Origin: Trichinella spiralis
Lineage: Eukaryota
Assembly: GCF_000181795.1 (NCBI RefSeq)
Contig: NW_003526945.1
Location: 2,732,488-2,762,057, forward strand
DNA length: 29,570 nucleotides
Reading direction: 5' to 3'
Shown here: positions 23,301 to 29,570 of the stretch, piece by piece
Layout of the letters: each line of letters starts with the position of its first letter
Numbering within the stretch: the stretch's first letter is position 1
Program-made: the position numbers and the translations under genes
Notes under the pieces: generated by a model
Told to the model about the DNA's origin: nothing
The model's database searches: none
What the model saw: the letters and a program-made list of their open reading frames with translations, nothing else

Positions 23301-25893
23301 ACTGTCAACAGCTGAAAACAGACAACAACAATAATTGTAAAATCATACAAGATCGCTTGATCCTTTTTGGCGGATGCGACTTATAATAATTCGCTAGGAA
23401 ACCGTCGCTATCCGATTCCTCTTCCTAAAAATCTTATCAAATAAAAACAAAAAAAATTAAAAATTAAAACCAAAACACTGACACTGTCTGTTGAATCAAG
23501 ATAGAAATTTAAGTCCTCATCGCTGAGGTCTTCGTCCTCGCACGAATCTTCAACCAAGCCGTGTGACTTCAAATCTCTACAGTAGACTGTGAATGTTGAG
23601 CAAAAAAAAAACAAAAATTAACTGCTTACAAACGCGACATTGTTGACATTTCCGAAAATACATCTCCTTTACAAGTATGGCCATTTGCTTCCTTAACGTA
23701 CATCTCCTCTTTGCACATTGGGCATCTATATCTTCTCTCCTGAAAAAAATATATTAAAAAAATTACCATTACAAAATTATTAAATTCAAAACATAATATA
23801 TCAAAATGCTTTAAAGTAAATATAGATAATTTAAAGTCAACTGATTTACGAACATTTGACTTTCGTTGTCAAAAAGTATTTAAATACAGTCATCCCTCAA
23901 CATCGCGGATTTCAAAACCGCCAAAAAGATGAATCCTATTTTCAGACCCCAATGCGTATGTATGCTGTGGATGTTCAAGTTCAGTGCAAAGCTGTTTTTG
24001 ACTGTGAGGTTCCACACCATAACGGCAGTGGTAACAACTTAGCCAGACTGCGAGGTTAAATAATCGCTACTAATGCTAAGATGAAAAAGATTAAAACATT
24101 AGGGTGCACGAAAAGAGGGCGTTGCGAACGGGAGGTTGGCTTACGGCAGCACCGGTTCAACGATTCCAGACACTTGCTCCAGACTGGTCAACCGGTCCAG
24201 ACATGTCTGGAAGTGCAGAATAGCCGCTTTCATGCTAGCACAGTCGAACACTGCGTGAGAATAATGAAAAATTTGAGTTAACACGTAATGCATGAAGTAA
24301 ATCGTATAGTCACAATGTTTTTTAAAAAAGATGCGCCGTACAGTCCCTCCACTGCTGGTTCAGCAAAACAGTAAATAAAAAGAGTAACATGTTTAGAATG
24401 TAAATGTAAATTTCATTTATGTATGCCATACCCCCGCATCAGTGGCTGTTTCGTAAGCAGATGCACAAGAAACAGAAAAATAAAACTATAAGTTTACTTG
24501 CCAATATCAAGCAAAAATAGTGCTTACAAAAAACCCTCAAGTGCTCAATCCCTATTTATAGATTCTAGTGTGAATGTTTACTGTAGATTTTCAGGTTCAC
24601 TTTATGGTGGTTTCCGCCTATGAGGTGCCACACCATAACAATATATAAGCTGATTTAAAACAAATTATAAAACTTACGTCGCTCTCCAATGAACACATGC
24701 GTAGATGGTAACTCATTCCATTAGCAGTCGTCAAGACGGTATCACATTTAGTTGATAAACATTTTATTGTTCCATCTATATGATGAACCTTCCGCAAAAT
24801 CCCATTACTCACTTTTCTATCCAGTCGACGCCACTCTTTCAACCGATCCTAAAAATAAACTGTTAAAATAAAATAAAATAAAATAACAAACATACTAACC
24901 TCATAACTGCGGTATCTGTCATACCATACTTTCAACTCAGCCTCACTGTACACCTTCGTCACTTTAGGTGTGCTGAAAAAACATAAATTTTTAATTAGAA
25001 GTAATCATGAAGCAGGAAATTTGCGTTGAATTTAAAAGAAACAGATGTATTTTACAATGGAGGCCTAATTTACAAACAACTTTCCAATTCACTAGAACTA
25101 ACAGCAAACTGTTCATTAACTATCGAGATTGCGAATATTGAAAGAGATCGAAAACTACGATAAGAACAAATTGGTTAAACAAAACAAAATATAAACAAGA
25201 AAAGAGAAGATTTTAAAACGTTCCTATTTCAAATGTCATCTGATTTTTCTACTGATGAAGTTTACCATTAAATCACTTCAAGAATAAAATAAATATGCAA
25301 ACCCAGCAAGTTCTGCAGCTGAGAAGTTAACTAAAATGACTTTAGGGAAAATTTTACTTAAATATAAAAATATGTTCTTACCTTGGCTTTTTAAACGGGT
25401 AAGGCATTACATTCAACCTGACAAAAACCACACCATATAACGATATACACAGCTACAGTCTACAGTAAGCAGTAGATGATTGCAAGTTGTATTGCAAATC
25501 TGACATCAAAATAGGGCATGGAATATTTTATTTTTATTAAATCAAAACTTTTAAGAATTTAAAAATAAACTATAAAATAAACGTGTCGAGTTGTTAAAAT
25601 TTTATCACTTTAGTAAATTCAAGTATTATAATCAAGAAACTGATTTTTGATATAACTTAAAATCAAAACGTAAAAGGAAATTTGCTTAAAAATAAAAGCA
25701 TTGCACATTTTTAAATTGATTACCAATTAGTCTTTGGAAAGCCAAGTTTTGTTTATAAAAAGTTTTGTTTTATAGAAAAAGATCTGAAGATTTTAATCAT
25801 TCAGTCAGTTACATGTGAGCAATCCTTCAGTTTATAAGTCTCGAGCTACTTGCAGTGTCCTTACCGATCTATTGGTCTCAAGCGGAGCTTCAT
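20364..25893 (-). CDS. GTF3C2: General transcription factor IIIC subunit 2 (TFIIIC110) WD40 protein with N-terminal zinc fingers and an acidic linker, ~760-770 aa
   Basis: Phase-consistent exons: (25893-25865 tentative), 25417-25382 (alternative ATG at 25407), 24972-24900, 24848-24678, 23739-23630, 23576-23483, 23424-23349, 23311-23258, 23064-22998, 22725-22648, 22597-22488, 22422-22254, 22198-22016, 21943-21750, 21679-21557, 21482-21335, 21227-21131, 21066-20953, 20893-20774, 20697-20617, 20552-20364. GTF3C2-type motifs: FTGSRISACVWCP, ILQLW, LKWCPSG...LLPRLGCFAASTSCGTVVIYCVPHPE, IAAGQENGMLSVWDL, WLCAGGESGFLHI. Confidence 0.85.
23885..24023. repeat. Copy A of a diverged intronic direct repeat
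   Basis: Aligns with 24526-24639: taca-n5-ccctcaa ... aatcc(c)tattt..aga ... atgt.t.ctgt.gat.ttca.gttca ... tgaggt(t/g)ccacaccataac. Confidence 0.7.
24526..24639. repeat. Copy B of the diverged intronic direct repeat
   Basis: 18 of 19 identical over tgaggtgccacaccataac versus 24005-24023, with colinear similarity for ~100 bp upstream. It lacks the ~25-nt hairpin insert of copy A. Confidence 0.7.
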
Positions 25894-28130
25894 GAATGCA
25901 GCACAGTAATAGTAAAAATTAGTCATTATCTGTGCAATTTAATTTGACAAGATAAATTGTATACTTGATAGATGTCTGGTACAAATCATGCTTTACGAAG
26001 TAATTGGTAAATAAAGCAAATAACTCAGAATACGAGTAGCATGACATTCCGCGTGTAATAGTGATTTAAAAATTTAAATAACCGTTGTAAATAGCACATA
26101 TTTAAATATTGCAATATTCCATTACGGTATTGCATATTTAAAATTTACTTTTCTGTTTAAAATGATAATTATATACTTTTCTGATTGAAAAAACATTTTC
26201 TTAAACAAATATTAAAAAATGTCAAACTAAACAACAAGCGAACACTTAAACAAAACTAATTTTGCTCATTAGGAGCGCTAATAGTCCAAAGCAATACCGT
26301 CCGGTTAAAAAACAGTGTATGTAATTAATAATTTTATCGAACTGAACACTCATATTGTTTGAAAATGTTTCCAGTGCAGTGATATTAAAAACTGCTTATA
26401 AACTGGGGCTTATGAAGTTGTCATTCATATTAAATTTCAATTTAAACGAGTATTTCCGTTGCAAATGTACAAGAACACAAAATGTTTTCATCATTTACAT
26501 TTTAGTCACTAGTTTCTACAATTTTACAGATGCTCAGAATGGTGAAAGTAATATTTATTTCAATTTTCCAAGTCGGCTAATTTTGACATTCACAGCACTG
26601 CATTGAAATCGTAACATCTTCTTTCTTCACTGCAGAATTGATTCACCATGCTCAGATTTGCGATTTCGCAAACAGGATGCTCCTTCCTGGATTTAATACC
26701 ATGTCAAATGCGTCTTTTTTGAAAAATTCCAAATACGACAAAATCAAAAATAAGTTTAAAGCATGAATATGCAAAGCAAACGAAATCGAACTTTAACATT
26801 TTTAACAGTCAGCAAAGCTGAGCAAAAGCAGTGAATACATTCAAAACGGACAATATAATGTTAAATATTGCACAACATAAAAGTAAACGTTTAAAACAAA
26901 AGCTAGTACATAAAACAAAGTGTAAAATGAAAATGAAGCATTAAAAACATGTTGAAAAGAATTTGAAAATTTAAGATGGTGACATGAATTTCACACTTCA
27001 CAATTTCTTTATAAATTCATCAATTCAACATCTCATTCTGCACATTTTATATGCGAAAACTTCACGTTTTGTTTTATCTATAAAAAATAATTTTACTTTA
27101 TATCAAGGGAAAAGAACTTTTCTTATAAAACATAAATATCAAATATAAACTCAGCACTTCTTAGAGGTTACAATAAATCATTTTCATTCAATGAAAATTT
27201 ATCATCACGTTGAAGAAGATACAGAAAATAAAATTTGAAATATAACACTTACAAACATTTCGCTGTTTAGTAAATAATCAAACATGCATAACAGAGTGCA
27301 ACTGCTTAGCTTCAAAAACAACAGATGATTTTAAAATATGGCGTCCATATCAAACTACAAGTATAAAAAGAATTGCACTAAAAAATAACTGCAAATTTGA
27401 TTCTACACAATTGTATATTTGTATTTCTAAAATACATTGGTGAAACAGCTTTGAAAATTAATAAATTCTTAGCAAAAGTAAAACCACAAAATAACACTAT
27501 ATAATAATATCCATAGGAAAGCTGTTTCTCACAACGGCAAACAAGAGCGAAATAAATTTCTTCACACAAAATGAATTTTCAAATTAACGCAGAGATGAAA
27601 ATTAAACAAATAAAACAAGTCTATGGTAAAATCAAAAACTTAAATTCTATAATAAATCCTCATAATGCAAGTATCAGGCTGAAAAAGTGAAATCTACTTT
27701 CAATGTATGCGTGAAAATGTAAAATAATTTTTTAATTAAACCAAAAAAAATTTTGACACTAAATTTAGCATTGTTTATTGTTGCATTTATTCACGGAAAA
27801 AATTGTATAACAATTAAAATGCCGTACTTTTACATTTTCATTATATTGAACATATTTCATGCCTTTCACAAGTAATTTCATTATTAGGGGCCATTTTACA
27901 GTTTTGCCACGTCATGACAATTAGCAATACCGTAGCTTCAAAAATTAAGATTAATTTTGGAAATGAATATTGCCCGCATCTCACATAAAATTGCCAATTA
28001 AATACATCTAATAAACCGTCCCATTTATGCTTTGTCGTTATTTATTTCATAACTTAAGCTTAGAACTGTTAAATGATAAAAGCCATGTTCATAGTTCGGC
28101 CCACTTTACAATTCTGCTCAGTTTCCCCAT

Positions 28131-28350
28131 CCCATTGGTGGTTGCTTTTCATTCGTTGCCTAGAAGATATTTATTATTGGTCAAACGGGTGAAATCAGTT
28201 TGAAAAAATTCCAATCATTTTTACGGCCAATGAATTCGTTGCAATGAAGAGGGAAAGAAAATTAACCAACGAAAATTTAAATTTAAAAAATGGCGGGAAT
28301 TTATTTGACCAATGGGAGGGGACACCTAAGCAAGCGGAAAGTAGGCGGGG
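28131..28350. promoter_or_regulatory. Cluster of CCAAT boxes with E2F-like and GC-box motifs
   Basis: ATTGG at 28134 and 28176; CCAAT at 28211, 28227, 28309; TGGCGGGAA at 28291-28299; GGCGGGG at 28344. Confidence 0.45.
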
Positions 28351-28654
28351 CTTGAAGGTAACATTAGCTGTAATGAGCACAAGCAATGAACAATAATGAT
28401 CGTTTAATGATCAATTTCAATACCTTTTGTCAACAAAAGCTCGACAAACTGCAATTTCAATCTCACGAACTGTTAGCTAAACAAAAAGCAAATTCTTTTA
28501 ATGCAAATTTCAAGTTATTATACACTTGATAATTTCGAATTGAAAGCCTTCCAAGATATTTTATGAAATAAATTCATTTTTCCGTAATTAATGCAAGCAT
28601 ATATTTCTGTATGAATAATAATTGCATCAGATAAGATAGACAAACAGTAAGTTT

Positions 28655-29345
28655 GATTGAAAAGCAACTCTTCAGTGTTTGCACTTTAATGTTGAACAAT
28701 TTTTTAACTTCATTAAGTATGTTTTTCTTTTGTTTGTCAATTAATAGCGTCGTCAAAGAAAAGATATTTATTATACCAAATAACAAAATCGAATAACTAT
28801 AAACAATTATAATATTTAGAAAATTGCAAAAACACAATTAATTATTGATTTATAGTTAAAATATGAAGAAAATTTAAATTACACAGCAATCGATAAAATG
28901 AAGTAAAAACAATATCTAGTCAAAATAACTAAAATTGTTTTGGCGGGGAAAACAGGTTTTTTCCAGTTTTTGCTACACTTTTTTGTTTTCAAATACTAAT
29001 TCAAAGTAACTCTTCAACGTTTACACTTTAATGTTGAACAATTTCTCAACTTCCCTGCCATGTTTTTGCCTGCTTGCTTGCTAATAGCTTGCTCAAATAA
29101 AAAAGATTGCGTGCATCTGTCGACTGCATGCGTTGGCTTAAACTATTATAATGGGACTCTCTTTGGGTGCACGCAATTGATTATCGATTGGACATACAAA
29201 GATGAATAAAACTACTTTTATCTTTCATCCCAGCAAATGAATAACAAACAATGCCGAGTCAAAATAAATAAAATTGTTTTGGGAGGGAAAGCAGGTTTTT
29301 CCAGTTTTTGGTATACTTTATTGACTATACATACTAATTTACGCG
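28655..29345. repeat. Diverged tandem duplication, unit ~340 bp
   Basis: Anchors at constant offset: actcttca...cactttaatgttgaacaattt (28667 vs 29009), caatt.attat.gatt (28835 vs 29174), agtcaaaataa.taaaattgttttgg...caggttttt(t)ccagtttttg (28918 vs 29257). Confidence 0.85.
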
Positions 29346-29570
29346 CAATTTTATACAACATTGAATTTCTTTCTCTTCGCCTGTGGCAATGTCTTATCCT
29401 CACTGCAGTGGTGAGTGAATTATTAAATATTTCCACCTCCATCACCTCCAACTACTAGACGATACTACTGTTCATCAGGGGAAAATGTCTCAACATCATT
29501 TACATATCCACTAGCGATTTCTCGATAGTATTCATATAATGTGCCATCTTTTATCAGTTGAGATTTCTGT

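Noticed and set aside
24098..24104. ACCCUAA on the host-sense strand as a telomerase RNA template (TTAGGG type) inside an intron
   Set aside because: Only 7 nt match, it would be paired with nearby CAUUAG, and I found no terminal ACA box or P6.1-like stem. Not supportable without comparative data.
23856..24281. Short plus-strand ORFs as a nested gene (EVPHHN recurs at the repeat)
   Set aside because: No recognisable protein. The peptide repeat follows from the DNA duplicate, and the substitutions show no codon pattern.
24602..24643. Plus-strand hairpin with UGAG and a trailing ACA, like an H/ACA scaRNA 3' end
   Set aside because: Antisense to the host gene, with no upstream H box or 5' hairpin.
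26355..29458. Scattered 60-90 aa ORFs in the last 3 kb
   Set aside because: F/L/I/K/N-rich translations expected from AT-rich noncoding DNA, with no motifs.

Overview
Eukaryotic, AT-rich genomic DNA with many short (about 50-70 nt) GT-AG introns. A nematode cuticle collagen identifies it as nematode; a clade I / Trichinella-like source is my inference, not shown. The ORF track is fragmented by introns, so I spliced genes by hand and checked exon phases. In order: the 3' part of a large Ser-rich unknown gene (+); a 5-exon dpy-13/col-34-type cuticle collagen (+); an unknown acidic 5-exon gene (-) with a U1/matrin-type zinc-finger exon upstream; a 2-exon histidine-phosphatase-fold (STS/UBASH3-like) gene lacking its catalytic His (+); a 7-exon orphan nAChR-like Cys-loop subunit with an unusual pore (+); a canonical HEI10/CCNB1IP1 meiotic RING E3 ligase (-); and a 20-21-exon GTF3C2 (TFIIIC110) gene with N-terminal zinc fingers (-). 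One large GTF3C2 intron holds a GC-richer, hairpin-rich island and a diverged internal duplicate. The window ends with a CCAAT/E2F cluster and a diverged ~340-bp tandem duplication. No rRNA, tRNA, CRISPR or intact transposon was seen. Family assignments rest on motifs recalled from memory; no database search was run.
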